A stretch of DNA of 64,000 bases from Candidatus Poribacteria bacterium (GCA_965222225.1 CBDCTK010000002.1:4800001-4864000), one strand, 5' to 3'; shown: positions 31,053 to 42,345, counted from the first letter of the stretch. Notes: generated by a model not told the origin, from the sequence alone. Numbers and translations: made by a program.

Positions 31053-31832
31053 ATGAGCCACATACATAATAAGGTACAAACACAATTCGGCAAGAATCCG
31101 GAATATTACGCCGTGAGTCCGGTTCACGCTCAAGGCTATACGCTGGCGGTGATTGTCGAATTCGCTCAGCCCACAGGAACCGAACGAGTGTTGGATATCG
31201 CGACCGGAACAGGGTTTGCCGCCTTTGCGGTCGCTCCGAAGGTCGCTCACGTCACAGCCACTGATCTCACCTATGAGATGCTGACCAAGGCAAGAGAACT
31301 TGCGCTCGGGCGCGGTTTGTCCAATGTCGAGTTTCAGGTAGCCGCTGCGGAATCACTGCCGTTTACCACAGAATCGTTCGACATCGTGACCTGCCGAATC
31401 GCGCCACACCACTTCCAAAATGTGTCGGCTTTTCTATCGGAGAGCTATCGCGTGCTCCGACCTTCTGGCTTGCTCTGTATGATAGACACCGTGTGTCCAG
31501 AGTCGCAACGATTGATTCGGTGGCAAAATCGGGTGGAAAAACTACGGGATAATTCTCACGTTTGGGCGTACCCGCCTTCGCAGTGGCGGAAGATGATCCA
31601 AGAAGCGGGATTCAAAATTGAAAAGGAAACCGAATCCAAGAATGCCGAGATTCAATTTTCGTGGTGGACGCAGCGGGAAACCAAGTCGCGAGAATTGGTG
31701 ACACAAATTCGGTCAGCTTTTGAGGGACTGTCGGTGCAAGAAAGCGCGATTTATGACATTCGCCGCGACGGCGATGAGCTTTATTTCGCTTGGCCCATGT
31801 ACAGCGTTCAGGCTAGAAAGGCTGTTGGGTAA
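31053..31832 (+). CDS. Class I SAM-dependent methyltransferase (YafE/UbiE-like)
   Basis: VLDIATGTG, AESLPF..ESFDIVTCRIAPHHF. Confidence 0.9.
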   Translation: MSHIHNKVQTQFGKNPEYYAVSPVHAQGYTLAVIVEFAQPTGTERVLDIATGTGFAAFAVAPKVAHVTATDLTYEMLTKARELALGRGLSNVEFQVAAAESLPFTTESFDIVTCRIAPHHFQNVSAFLSESYRVLRPSGLLCMIDTVCPESQRLIRWQNRVEKLRDNSHVWAYPPSQWRKMIQEAGFKIEKETESKNAEIQFSWWTQRETKSRELVTQIRSAFEGLSVQESAIYDIRRDGDELYFAWPMYSVQARKAVG

Positions 31833-31883
31833 TCCGTAAAGGAGACGCCACTTCAATAGAATCATTTCCAGGAGGTACGATTC

Positions 31884-32984
31884 GTGAGCAAACGGAAAAG
31901 CGAAGAAATCCGCGTATATATAGGCACCTATACACACGGGGAGAGCGAAGGAATTTACGTCTATCGGTTGGATTTATCATCTGGTACACTGGAATTTGAG
32001 AGCAAAGCAACGGGTGTAGACAGCCCCACCTTCTTGGCGCTCCATCCGGAACACCGCTACCTCTATGCAGTCAACGCCGTGCGGGAAGTTGACGGTAAAC
32101 CGAATGGGCGGGTGAGCGCTTTCCGCATCAATCCGGATACAGGGGAGTTGACGTTCTTAAATCACCAACTTTCAGGAGGCCCCGGTCCATGCCATCTGAG
32201 TGTTGATTCTGCAGGGCGATATGTTCTCGTTGCAAATTACGCGGGCGGCAGCGTGGCTATGCTCCCCATTCAGGCAGATGGAAGTCTTGGCGAGGCGTCC
32301 GATTTTGTTCAACACGCCGGATCGAGTATCAATCCGGACAGCCAAGAGGGGCCCCATGCACATTCCATCAACATCGATCCCGGCAACCGGTACGCATTCG
32401 CACCGGATCTTGGAATCGATAAAATCATGATTTACGAATTGGATCTGATTCACGGGAAGCTCAAGCCGAACAGTCAGCCATGGGTTCCCGTGCACGCTGG
32501 CGCTGGTCCACGCCACTTCGATTTTCACCCCAACGGCCGATGGGCGTATGCAATCAATGAGCTAGATTCCACGATGACCGCCTTTCGTTATGATAGTTCT
32601 AGAGGTGTCCTGACAGAGATTGAATCGGTTGCCACACTGCCAGACGATTTTGATGGCACAAGCCATTGTGCAGACGTACACGTTTCCTCGTCGGGCAAGT
32701 TTGTATACGGCTCCAATCGCGGTCATGACAGCATTGTGATTTTCGCGATTGACCAGCACACGGGGCAACTCACACTTGTCGGGCATGAGTCAACACAGGG
32801 CGAGATTCCGCGTAACTTTGCCATTGACTCTACGGGAACGCTCTTATTGGCAGCGAATCAGATGAGTAATACTGTCATAACATTTTGGATCGATTCGGAA
32901 ACAGGCGAGCTTAACCCAACGGGGCAAGTCGCAGAAGTACCTACGCCGGTATGTTTGAAGCCGATTGTTATTCCTAGCAATTAG
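31884..32984 (+). CDS. pgl: 6-phosphogluconolactonase (7-bladed lactonase family)
   Basis: YIGTYT, PCHLSVD, ANYAGG, PHAH, GPRH, SNRGHDS, PRNF. Confidence 0.9.
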   Translation: MSKRKSEEIRVYIGTYTHGESEGIYVYRLDLSSGTLEFESKATGVDSPTFLALHPEHRYLYAVNAVREVDGKPNGRVSAFRINPDTGELTFLNHQLSGGPGPCHLSVDSAGRYVLVANYAGGSVAMLPIQADGSLGEASDFVQHAGSSINPDSQEGPHAHSINIDPGNRYAFAPDLGIDKIMIYELDLIHGKLKPNSQPWVPVHAGAGPRHFDFHPNGRWAYAINELDSTMTAFRYDSSRGVLTEIESVATLPDDFDGTSHCADVHVSSSGKFVYGSNRGHDSIVIFAIDQHTGQLTLVGHESTQGEIPRNFAIDSTGTLLLAANQMSNTVITFWIDSETGELNPTGQVAEVPTPVCLKPIVIPSN

Positions 32985-33343
32985 GATTTCCGCCCTTAAG
33001 TTCGTCGTAGCGCAATTTATTGTGCGTTCAAACGATGTGTCGCGCGGCTATGAATCGTAAAACTATGAGATTTTCTTGAAGATTTGTTCTGCAATACTTA
33101 GGTTCCGGTGACATCTCATCGTAGTACGGAAGGGGATAACTAACTGGATAAGGAGGGCGGTAAAGATCTCCTCGCAGCCCCTACAGAAACAGATTCCTGC
33201 CATTGGGGACGCATTGCAAATCGTAGGGGTTGGGTTTCCCAACTCGTTGGGCGCGGTATTCGCATTGGTAGGTGTTTCACATACATGTCAACACACCCTA
33301 GATTTTTTCAATCCAAGTAAATTTGCCTTTGGAGGGCTAGATT

Positions 33344-34684
33344 ATGTCCGAAGCAGGCTTAAATGTTACGCGTTCCTTGGAAACCTATAAACGAGCTGGC
33401 GAACTAATTCCCGGATGGACGCAACTTATCAGTCGCCGTGCCAGTCAATACGCCTACGGCGTTAGTCCAATCTATGCCAGAAGCGCCAAAGGATCTCGAT
33501 TCATCGATCTGGATGGGGCTGAATATATCGATTGGGTCAACGCTGTCGGCGCAATCGTACTAGGACACGCCGATGATATCGTGGACTCTGCCGTCAAATC
33601 GCAGATTGATCGGGGAAGTATCTACACCCTGTCAAATCCGCTAGAGATTACCTTGGCGGAGGAGTTGATTGATACCATTCCCTCAGCCGAGATGGTTCGA
33701 TATACCAAAGGCGGCGGCGAAGCGTGCGCCGTTGCGGTACGCATCGCTCGCGGAACGACCGGGCGCGACAAAATCTTGTTCTGTGGGTATCACGGTTGGC
33801 ACGATTGGTATCAAGCCGCAAACTACCTCGTTGACCCCGAGAGCGGTGAATATCCGTTCGCCGGGATTGAACCCATCGGGGTGCCGAAAGCGCTTGCGAG
33901 CACGGTCGCCCCCTTTTCCTACGGCGACCTTGAGGGACTAGAGAAATTATTGCAGGCCTATCATGGGGAAGTGGCGGCGATTATGATGGAACCTCTTCGG
34001 TCAGAACTTCCGCCGCCGGGCTACCTGAACGGCGTCAAAACTTTGGCTCGAAAGCACGATGTAATTCTCATTTTCGACGAGGTCTCCTGTGGTTGGAGAC
34101 TCTCAATTGGAGGCGCACAGAAGTATCTAGGTGTAACTCCGGACATGACCGTTGTTGCCAAAGCCATGTCAAATGGCTATGCAATGGGCGCCGTTGTTGG
34201 TTCGCGCGAAGTGATGGAGCCTGCGGGGCGCATGTTTGTGTCAAGCTCCTATTGGAGTGACAATGTTGGGCTCGTCGCAGCACTAACGACGATCCGAGAA
34301 CTGAAGCGCCGAGATTCGGAAGCCCGAATTCAGGAGATCGGTGAAAGACTCCGTTCCGGACTGACCGATGCCATCGCAGCTTCGGGACTTACCGGCACTT
34401 GTACGGGCTTGCATACCCACCCGGCACTGGCAATTGAGCTTTCTGACGAGACGTTACGCCGCAAGGTAAATACACTGTTTGTCCAAGAAATGGCGAAACG
34501 CCGCATCCACTGCTCTACAAGTTTCATTCTAACGCTGGCGCACACTGACGCGGATATTCAACAGACGACAGAAGCCGCGGTTGAGGCTTTTCGCGTGATC
34601 AAGCGCGGATTGGATGCGGGCAACGTGGATAGTCTTCTGGAATGCGAAATCAAGCAGGACCCGTTCAGGCGGCAAGTGACGTGA
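33344..34684 (+). CDS. Aminotransferase class III (GSA aminomutase-like)
   Basis: LIFDEVSCGWR, PDMTVVAKAMSNG, GYHGWHDW. Confidence 0.9.
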   Translation: MSEAGLNVTRSLETYKRAGELIPGWTQLISRRASQYAYGVSPIYARSAKGSRFIDLDGAEYIDWVNAVGAIVLGHADDIVDSAVKSQIDRGSIYTLSNPLEITLAEELIDTIPSAEMVRYTKGGGEACAVAVRIARGTTGRDKILFCGYHGWHDWYQAANYLVDPESGEYPFAGIEPIGVPKALASTVAPFSYGDLEGLEKLLQAYHGEVAAIMMEPLRSELPPPGYLNGVKTLARKHDVILIFDEVSCGWRLSIGGAQKYLGVTPDMTVVAKAMSNGYAMGAVVGSREVMEPAGRMFVSSSYWSDNVGLVAALTTIRELKRRDSEARIQEIGERLRSGLTDAIAASGLTGTCTGLHTHPALAIELSDETLRRKVNTLFVQEMAKRRIHCSTSFILTLAHTDADIQQTTEAAVEAFRVIKRGLDAGNVDSLLECEIKQDPFRRQVT

Positions 34685-34805
34685 CGTATAATTTAAGGTT
34701 TTTCGTAGGGAACAACGATTTTTATTCCCTGCATTATTACCATTATTTCACGGAAAATTATCACCTTAACATAATACCACTCGCAACTCTCTCAGCTCGT
34801 AACGA

Positions 34806-35621
34806 ATGGAGGCACAGATGAACACCCATGAACGACACCTGATGGATCTGCTCAGTTTGAAAGACAGGGTTGTCATTGTGACAGGGGCATGCGGCTGGCT
34901 CGGATCTGCCATGAGTCGTGGGCTTGCAGAGGCCGGTGCCCGCCTTGTCGTCACGAGCCGGGATGCGGCACATGCGGCAGATTTCGCAGGAACGCTCCCC
35001 GGCGACGGTCACCTTGGGCTTGGATTTAGCCAAGGCGAGACGGATACCATTCCCGACTTTGTTGCCGAAGTGGTCGATCGGATGGGCAAAATTGATGTGC
35101 TGGTGAACAACGCCTATGGTGCCACCGCACCCGAGATTGACACTGCAACTGCCGACGACTTCGATCAAGCCTATCATGTTGGCGTAACCGGGTACTTCCT
35201 ACTTGCCCGCGATGTGATGCTCCACATGCGCCAGCGTCAAGCTCCGGGATCGATAATCAACATCGGCAGCATGTACGGCGTTATAGGTAGCTACCCGTCA
35301 CTATACGAAGGGTTGCCCCTCAACAGCGCTCCCAACTACCATGCCCTCAAAGGTGGTTTGGTGCACTTGACGCGGCATTTGGCGGCTTATTGGGCGAAGT
35401 ACAATATTCGCGTCAATACACTGAGTCCGGGACCGTTCCCTAAGCCGGCTATGAAAGCGAAGGCAGAAGGGTTTGTTGAACGGCTTGAGAAGAAAGTGCC
35501 GCTCGGGCGCATGGGCAGGCCCGATGAACTGAAAGGTATCGTGGTATTGTTGGCAAGCGATGCCGGCAGTTACATCACCGGGCAGAATTACTTGGTGGAT
35601 GGCGGGTGGACGGCATGGTAG
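34806..35621 (+). CDS. SDR family oxidoreductase
   Basis: TGACGWLG, DVLVNNA, YHALK, ITGQNYLVDGGWT. Confidence 0.92.
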   Translation: MEAQMNTHERHLMDLLSLKDRVVIVTGACGWLGSAMSRGLAEAGARLVVTSRDAAHAADFAGTLPGDGHLGLGFSQGETDTIPDFVAEVVDRMGKIDVLVNNAYGATAPEIDTATADDFDQAYHVGVTGYFLLARDVMLHMRQRQAPGSIINIGSMYGVIGSYPSLYEGLPLNSAPNYHALKGGLVHLTRHLAAYWAKYNIRVNTLSPGPFPKPAMKAKAEGFVERLEKKVPLGRMGRPDELKGIVVLLASDAGSYITGQNYLVDGGWTAW

Positions 35622-35725
35622 ACGCCACCTGGATCTACACGTATGCGGTGGTTGCCGCGAATTAGCGGAACATTACACTCTGTACAATTGTCAGGGGCTG
35701 ACCACATCGTCCAAGGAGCATCCTC

Positions 35726-37207
35726 ATGGCGGAAGCACAATCGTTCATGGCATTTGATCTGGGCGCCGAAAGTGGACGCGGCGTGCTAGGACGTTTCGAT
35801 GGCGAGAGAATCGAGCTTGAGGAGTTGCATCGGTTTCCCAATGGCGGTGTGCGTGTATTGGATAGTCTTCACTGGGATGTGCTGCGCTTGTGGAGTGAGA
35901 TGAAAAATGCCCTCTCGGTTTGCGCACGACGGAGGGAGGACCTCAAGGGAATCGGCATTGACACGTGGGGAGTTGATTTCGCGCTCATCGGCAAAGACAA
36001 GTCGCTCCTTGGCTTTCCGTACCACTACCGCGATTCGCGGACAGATGGAATGCTGAACAAAGCCTTCGCTCGCCTCTCGCGCGAAGAGATTTTCAGACGG
36101 AGCGGAGGTCAGTTCATTCAGATAAATACGCTCTATCAGTTGCTCTCAATGGTGATTCACGAATCGCCGCTGCTGAAAGTCGCCGAGACGTTCTTGATGA
36201 TACCGGACCTGTTCAACTTTTGGTTGACGGGACATAAAGTTTGTGAATTTACGAATGCTACCACAACGCAGTTCTACGACCCGCGCCAAAAAAGTTGGTC
36301 GGGCGAGATTTGTAATGCCCTTGATTTGCCGTATCATCTACTGCCGGAAATCGTTCAACCCGGCACACAAATCGGGACACTTCTCCCCACCGTGTGTGAT
36401 GAAACGGGGTTAGGAGAGACTCCAGTGATCGCCCCCGGGTGTCATGACACCGCATCTGCCGTCGCGGCGGTACCTGCACAAACCGAGAATTGGGCTTATA
36501 TCAGTTCCGGCACGTGGTCGTTGATGGGAATTGAAGTATCCGATCCGATAATCTCGAATCAGGTGCTTAGTCTGAATTTTACCAATGAAGGAGGCGTAGC
36601 CAATACATTCCGCTTTCTGAAGAATATCATGGGGTTGTGGCTGCTCCAAGAATGCCGGCGGACATGGTCACGGAGAGGTCGCGACATTTCCTACGACCAA
36701 CTCATGCAGCTTGCCTCAGATGCTCAACCGTTCAAGTATTTGATTGAGCCGGATAATGAAACTTTCTTGGGCGCCGGTGACATGCCGTCGCGTATCATCT
36801 ACTATTGTAAACACACCGAACAGATACCTCCAAGAGATGAAGGAGAATTCGTCAGATGCATACTGGATAGCCTTGCGCTAAAGTACCGGTGGGTCTCGGA
36901 AAAACTTGAGTTGGTCGGTGGGAAGCCGATAGAGGTTATCCACATCGTCGGTGGTGGCGCCCGGAACAGGCTGCTGTGTCAATTTACCGCCAATGCGGCG
37001 GCTGTGCCGGTCGTAGCCGGTCCAACGGAAGCGACTGCAGTTGGCAACATCATGGTGCAGGCGATTGCAACGGGTTTAATCGACTCGATTTCCGAGGCTC
37101 GCGAAATCATCAGTCGATCGTTTGAATTGGAGACTTATGAACCGCGAGATTTAGGGCAGTGGGACGGCGCTTACGAGCGATTTCTTGTTACAACAGGATT
37201 GAGTTGA
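35726..37207 (+). CDS. rhaB: Rhamnulokinase-family FGGY carbohydrate kinase
   Basis: AFDLGAESGR, IDTWGVDF, HDTASAV, SSGTWSLMG, TNEGG, KNIMGLW. Confidence 0.85.
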   Translation: MAEAQSFMAFDLGAESGRGVLGRFDGERIELEELHRFPNGGVRVLDSLHWDVLRLWSEMKNALSVCARRREDLKGIGIDTWGVDFALIGKDKSLLGFPYHYRDSRTDGMLNKAFARLSREEIFRRSGGQFIQINTLYQLLSMVIHESPLLKVAETFLMIPDLFNFWLTGHKVCEFTNATTTQFYDPRQKSWSGEICNALDLPYHLLPEIVQPGTQIGTLLPTVCDETGLGETPVIAPGCHDTASAVAAVPAQTENWAYISSGTWSLMGIEVSDPIISNQVLSLNFTNEGGVANTFRFLKNIMGLWLLQECRRTWSRRGRDISYDQLMQLASDAQPFKYLIEPDNETFLGAGDMPSRIIYYCKHTEQIPPRDEGEFVRCILDSLALKYRWVSEKLELVGGKPIEVIHIVGGGARNRLLCQFTANAAAVPVVAGPTEATAVGNIMVQAIATGLIDSISEAREIISRSFELETYEPRDLGQWDGAYERFLVTTGLS

Positions 37208-37288
37208 TTGAGCATATAAGGTATCAGGTTCAGACGAAATTCCTGATGCATTTAAATCTAAATAGCACAACTCGATATTGAAACGAGG

Positions 37289-38545
37289 ATGCTTCGTCAG
37301 AATAATATGGATAAAATCAAGCTTGCCATAGTGGGTTGCGGCGGCATGGGTACTCGACACCTCCACGGATTGCGGGAGCTATCGCAAACCCCATTCTGTA
37401 ATGTTGAGTTGGTCGCACTCTGTGATATTCGGAGCGAAAACGCCGAACTCGCCGCCTCGGAAGCCGAGAGACTTTTGGGCGTTCGACCGCAAATTTTCAC
37501 GGATTTAGAGGAGATGGCCCATCAGATTCCTGATCTGGCAGCAGTTGATATTGTGACCGATCCCTCGGTGCATCACAATGTTGCGTGCGAAGCAATGGAG
37601 CTCGGTCTGCATGTCATGGTCGAGAAACCGATGGCAATCACCGTAAAAGCCTGCCAAAAGATGATTAAAGCCTCTGAACGGAATAATCGTTTGCTGTCAA
37701 TCGCCGAAAACTATCGACGTGATGTTTCCGCACGATTGGTTCGGCACCTCTTGGAGACGAACGCAATAGGTGAGCCTTACATGGGGTTGTTTCATTCGTT
37801 GAGTCCGGGGAACGACATCTTCATTACGCCGTGGCGACATCTCAAGCTACGAGGAGGCCCCATTATTGACCTAGGCGTTCACTTTACCGACATGATTCGC
37901 TATCAGTTGGGGGACATTGCCGAGGTCTACGGGAATGTAAGATTGGTCGAACCGACTAGACGGAAGCCGGGGAGTATACACGACACCTACACCTTCTACC
38001 GTAACCGGTTCAAAGCGATGGAACCTGAAGTTCCGGCGACTGCGGAGGATACGTCGGTCGCTTTGTTCCGAATGGAGAGCGGGGCAACCGTCAGCTGGAT
38101 AGTTGGTCTAAGTGGACATGGGAGTTGCGGCGGCGAGCGAATCTTGGGAACGGAGGGCAGCATCCAAAGCTTTGGGACTCGAGGCGGCAGAATCAGCCTG
38201 AAACGGAGATCGGAGGAGGAAATAAGCTTTGAAGAGATTCTGGAAACGACTGACGGTTTTACGTTAGAACCGTTGGCGGAGCATTTCTTCCCCTCCCGGA
38301 TGGCTGCCGGCGATAACGCGGTTGATTGGAAGCTGATTGCGCTGGAGTATTACGAACTGGCAGAGGCAATCCTTCATGGACGGCGCATAGAGGTGGATGC
38401 TATATCTGGAATGAAGGATGTAGCCGCTATCTACGCCATTTTTGAGTCTTCCAAGTCGGGTCGTGCCGTGAAGATGAGCGAAGTAGAATCCTGTCAGGTC
38501 TACGACTATCAGTCGGAAATAGACGAAGCCCTTGGAATTGAATAG
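37289..38545 (+). CDS. Gfo/Idh/MocA oxidoreductase
   Basis: IVGCGGMG, VEKPMA, DLGVHFTD. Confidence 0.9.
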   Translation: MLRQNNMDKIKLAIVGCGGMGTRHLHGLRELSQTPFCNVELVALCDIRSENAELAASEAERLLGVRPQIFTDLEEMAHQIPDLAAVDIVTDPSVHHNVACEAMELGLHVMVEKPMAITVKACQKMIKASERNNRLLSIAENYRRDVSARLVRHLLETNAIGEPYMGLFHSLSPGNDIFITPWRHLKLRGGPIIDLGVHFTDMIRYQLGDIAEVYGNVRLVEPTRRKPGSIHDTYTFYRNRFKAMEPEVPATAEDTSVALFRMESGATVSWIVGLSGHGSCGGERILGTEGSIQSFGTRGGRISLKRRSEEEISFEEILETTDGFTLEPLAEHFFPSRMAAGDNAVDWKLIALEYYELAEAILHGRRIEVDAISGMKDVAAIYAIFESSKSGRAVKMSEVESCQVYDYQSEIDEALGIE

Positions 38546-38686
38546 TGTACATCGGAATTGGGTCTGCTCCCGATGGTCAAAGATTGGCAATCACGGAGAT
38601 TATCGATTATCTTCGATTGGCGAAACCCTTCTCTATCAAATGGTGCGTCCGCCAATGATTTACGAATTTGACGAAAGGAGGACTTC

Positions 38687-39543
38687 ATGGAATATCGAAG
38701 AGTCGGACAAACGGACATGAAACTGAGCGCTATCGCGTTGGGCGGATTGCTGGCGCACTACGAGGGTGTGCGTGGTCACCCGTCGCCCGACGAGAAGCGG
38801 CGCATATACCTTCGAGCGTTCGAATTGGGAATAAATCTCTTTGACATGGGTTACGGCGATGAAGTGCATATTCCGAAGGAACTGAAGGGGCCTAGTGAAG
38901 ATCGCCACTTTTCCCTGAAGGTGGGTGCTCCACGAGCCGAGGACTTGGAAGGGCTGATCGACGTACAGTTAAAAAACCTGCAGCGTGAGGCAATCGACAT
39001 CCTCCGCGTTCATCACTCTGCCTTCGTCAAGGACAAGCGGCTAGCCAAGCGCATAGAGGAGCTGAAATGCGCGGGCAAGGTAAGATCTCTCTGCCTGATT
39101 CGCCATCTACGCGCCGACCAAGAAGCCTACGCCGAACGAGGTCCGGAACCGGAGGCGGATGCCGATTTGGTCATCTACAACTATGTTTGCCGCTGGCAGA
39201 CGCCGGGAATCGAACTCTCGGCTAAGGCAGGGAAAGGGGTGCTCATTATGAAGGCGCTCGGGAGCCAGTGGTTGAGCTGGAAGGACAAGACGCGCACCGA
39301 CTGGACAAAAGCCCCAAAAGAGACCATCATTAAGCTTTCTGTACGGGGCGAGGCGATGCGCAACGATTTGGAGCTTGCCTATCCCATCATTGCCGGCCCT
39401 GGCATGAACTAGCCGTTCCCGGAGAGGTGATTCCACGTACAGAACGGGCGGTGCAATGGGTGTTGAAGAATAGGGGCGTTAGCAGCGTTTTGGTGGCTTT
39501 CGCGAGTGTCGCGGAGGTCGAGGAAGCTCTGGGTGTAGGGTAG
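38687..39543 (+). pseudogene. Aldo/keto reductase with frameshift near the 3' end
   Basis: YRRVGQTDMKLSAIALG, GINLFD; after about 39398 the shifted frame reads WHELAVPGEV..AVQWVLKNRGVSSVLVAFASVAEVEEAL*. Confidence 0.75.
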
Positions 39544-39682
39544 TTGGTTTTGAATCGTCCTCAGTGATTGGGTATCTGTAATCGGATACCGTTCACACGG
39601 GTTGGCGTGGAAACAGGGCTAGGTACCAAGAAAAACCCTAGTTCTGCCCATTACGGGCACTTACGAAAGAGAGGTTGAAATC

Positions 39683-40738
39683 GTGGAAAAAACGTACAGA
39701 GTAGGGGTTGTCGGGTGTGGCGGTATGGGACGCTCCCATACGGGTGCTTGGACAGAGCATCCAGCGGCAGAGGTCGTTGCCGTTGCAGATATCAACGAAA
39801 CACAAGCACAGATTCTTGCGGAACAGTTCTCGATTCCTGCGGTATTTACCGACTATAACGAGATGTTCGCGAAAATGGATCTTGATATTGTAAGCATCCC
39901 GACATGGCAGGGTGTTCGTGCTGAAATCACGGTTGCTGCAGCTAACGCCGGAATCAAGGGCATCATCGGAGAAAAACCGATGGCTGCGTCTATGGGCGGC
40001 GCCAACGACATGATTGAAGCGTGTGAAAGGAATGGTGCTAAACTCGTCATCGGGCATCAGGGCAGATTCAGCCCTACAAATACGGAAATCCGGAGATTGG
40101 TCGCTGATGGCGCAATTGGTGAGCCGACGATGGTCTACACTAGCGCCAAACCCATGGCGGGGTTACTCAACACCGGCACGCATGCCATTGACGGTTGGCG
40201 GTATATTCTATCCGACCCGGAACCCCTATGGGTAATTGGACAAACAGCGCGCGAGAGCGATAGGTGGGAACGCCGCAGTCGCTGCGAAGATCTGTGCATG
40301 GGGTTGGTTTGCTTTGAAGGGGGCGCCCGTGGCATATATGAGGGGGACCTGCCGGAGCCAATAGTCCAAATGCCGCGCATCTACGGCACTGAGGGCCAGA
40401 TTACTACCGGCGAAAACGGTGTCATCCTACTTCAAAATCCCAAGTCGAGCGGCTGGCAGGAAATTCAGCCGAAGCCGGCGGAGACAACTCAGTACCAAGA
40501 AATGCTGGATTGGATGGAAGGTCGGATTCCCGAACACCGCAGTACCGGGCGGCAAGCCCGATATACCGTGGAAATCATGATGGCGATATACGAGTCACTC
40601 CGCATCAAGAACGTCGTCACCATGCCGCTTGAAACCAGAGAATCGCCTCTTGAGTTGATGGTGGCGGATGGTACACTTCCCGTACTTGAGGAGGGACGCT
40701 ACGATATCCGCAAGCCGTTCCCCGAACAGAAAAAATAG
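39683..40738 (+). CDS. Gfo/Idh/MocA oxidoreductase
   Basis: VGCGGMG, GEKPMA, NTGTHAID. Confidence 0.9.
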   Translation: MEKTYRVGVVGCGGMGRSHTGAWTEHPAAEVVAVADINETQAQILAEQFSIPAVFTDYNEMFAKMDLDIVSIPTWQGVRAEITVAAANAGIKGIIGEKPMAASMGGANDMIEACERNGAKLVIGHQGRFSPTNTEIRRLVADGAIGEPTMVYTSAKPMAGLLNTGTHAIDGWRYILSDPEPLWVIGQTARESDRWERRSRCEDLCMGLVCFEGGARGIYEGDLPEPIVQMPRIYGTEGQITTGENGVILLQNPKSSGWQEIQPKPAETTQYQEMLDWMEGRIPEHRSTGRQARYTVEIMMAIYESLRIKNVVTMPLETRESPLELMVADGTLPVLEEGRYDIRKPFPEQKK

Positions 40739-40827
40739 ACGCCGTTGGCTCTTCGGTTTGGAGAAACCGAGTTTTCTCCAAACCTCAGTTTATTTCAACG
40801 TAGAGGTTGTTTAGAAAGGAAATCTCT

Positions 40828-41200
40828 ATGAAGATGGAAAGTTGCGCGTTTTTACAGTTCAGTGAATTGGGTGTATTTTCAGTTGGCGCAAGCATGGAAT
40901 GGGCAATCATTTATCAGGAGGGTGTTGAATTACGTTACGCCGGCAAGCATGAACAAACTGTGACTATTATGTATGAGGGGCTTAACGTGGTTGGACAAAA
41001 TCTTGGTGCCATTCACCCTGAGGTACCGACCACCCTCAACGCGCTATCTTTGTTGCATATTGCTGTATGATGAGCGTGGATATTGCGCCAAGCGTAGCCC
41101 TTACGCAAGCGGGCAATGGAAAACATCGATAAAACGCTTGTGGACTCGACAATCCGCGTGTAGCGAACTTCCTCATCGACCTGGAAAGGCCTTATTGAGT
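40828..41200 (+). pseudogene. Degenerate TPR gene, decayed paralog of the downstream TPR gene
   Basis: MEWAIIYQEGVELRYAGK...HPEVPTTLNALSLL parallels LEWKILNQQVNDLYDAG...HPDIAISLGNLA. Confidence 0.6.
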
Positions 41201-41371
41201 AATGATGCATGTGGGAAAAGCGACGGATCTAAAAGTTCGCGACGCCAAGATAGAGGAGATAGCGCGGTATACACTATCGGACAGGGGTTGTGGGTTAGGT
41301 TTGTTGCCAACCCGTGAGTATCAATTGCATAGCAAATAAACGGCATAGAAGTTGCTTAGAGAGGAATCACT

Positions 41372-42322
41372 ATGAAAATGGCAAAGTCAGTTTTGGTAAT
41401 CTTCGGATTTCTGCACCTCTGTGTATCGAGTGCAATTGCAGATGGCGCAGGCTTAGAATGGAAGATTCTAAATCAGCAGGTAAATGACCTCTATGACGCC
41501 GGTATGTATGGACGCGCCGTTGTTGTTGCGCGGGAAGCGCTTGAGCTTGCCGAGAAAAACGCCAGCGAAGACCATCCCGACATCGCAATCAGTCTGGGCA
41601 ATCTAGCGTCGATGTATAGAGCTCAAGGACACCACGACAAAGCCGAACCACTGTATATACGAGCACTAGATATATTTGAGAAGGTGCTTGGGCCTGACCA
41701 TGAATCTGTCGCGGCCAACCTGAACAATCTGGCAGGACTGTATTACGACCAAGCCCGCTACGACAAAGCCGAACCATTGTACAAGCGCGCGCTAGATATA
41801 AGGGAAAAGGTGCTCGGTCCTTGGCACCAGTCTGTGGCAGTCGTCCTAGACAATTTGGCCCTGCTGTATCAAGACCAAGGACATTACGACAAAGCCGAAC
41901 CACTGTTTATACGAGCACTAGATATATTTGAGAAGGTGCTTGGGCCTGACCACCCGCACATAGCAACTAACCTGAACAATTTGGGCTTGCTGTATATCAA
42001 GCAAGGACATTACGACAAAGCCGAACCACTATTCAAGCGTGCTTTGGCTATAAATGAAAAGGCGCTTGGTCCAGAGCACCCGACTGTAGCAAGTAACTTG
42101 AACAATTTGAGCTTTCTGTATATCAAGCAAGGACATTACGACAAAGCGGAAACTTTATACAAGCGTGCGTTGTCCATAAGGGAACAAGCGCTTGGATGCC
42201 ACCACCGGTCTGTAGCGACTAGCCTCACCAATCTAGCGGAGCTTTATAGAGCAATGAAGCGCGAAAGGGAAGCGAGGGAACTAGAAATCCGAGCCACCAA
42301 GAAAGAGAAAATGTCTCGGTAG
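41372..42322 (+). CDS. Secreted TPR protein (42-aa kinesin light chain-type repeats)
   Basis: Signal peptide; repeats of LNNLAxLYxxQGHYDKAEPLYxRALxIxEKxLGPDH; 126-bp near-identical DNA repeats. Confidence 0.92.
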   Translation: MKMAKSVLVIFGFLHLCVSSAIADGAGLEWKILNQQVNDLYDAGMYGRAVVVAREALELAEKNASEDHPDIAISLGNLASMYRAQGHHDKAEPLYIRALDIFEKVLGPDHESVAANLNNLAGLYYDQARYDKAEPLYKRALDIREKVLGPWHQSVAVVLDNLALLYQDQGHYDKAEPLFIRALDIFEKVLGPDHPHIATNLNNLGLLYIKQGHYDKAEPLFKRALAINEKALGPEHPTVASNLNNLSFLYIKQGHYDKAETLYKRALSIREQALGCHHRSVATSLTNLAELYRAMKREREARELEIRATKKEKMSR

Positions 42323-42345
42323 ACTCAATCAGACAGGAGAACGAA

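Noticed and set aside
41590-42240. CRISPR-like periodic repeats
   Set aside because: The repeats are in-frame coding TPR units of 126 bp with no unique spacers or cas genes
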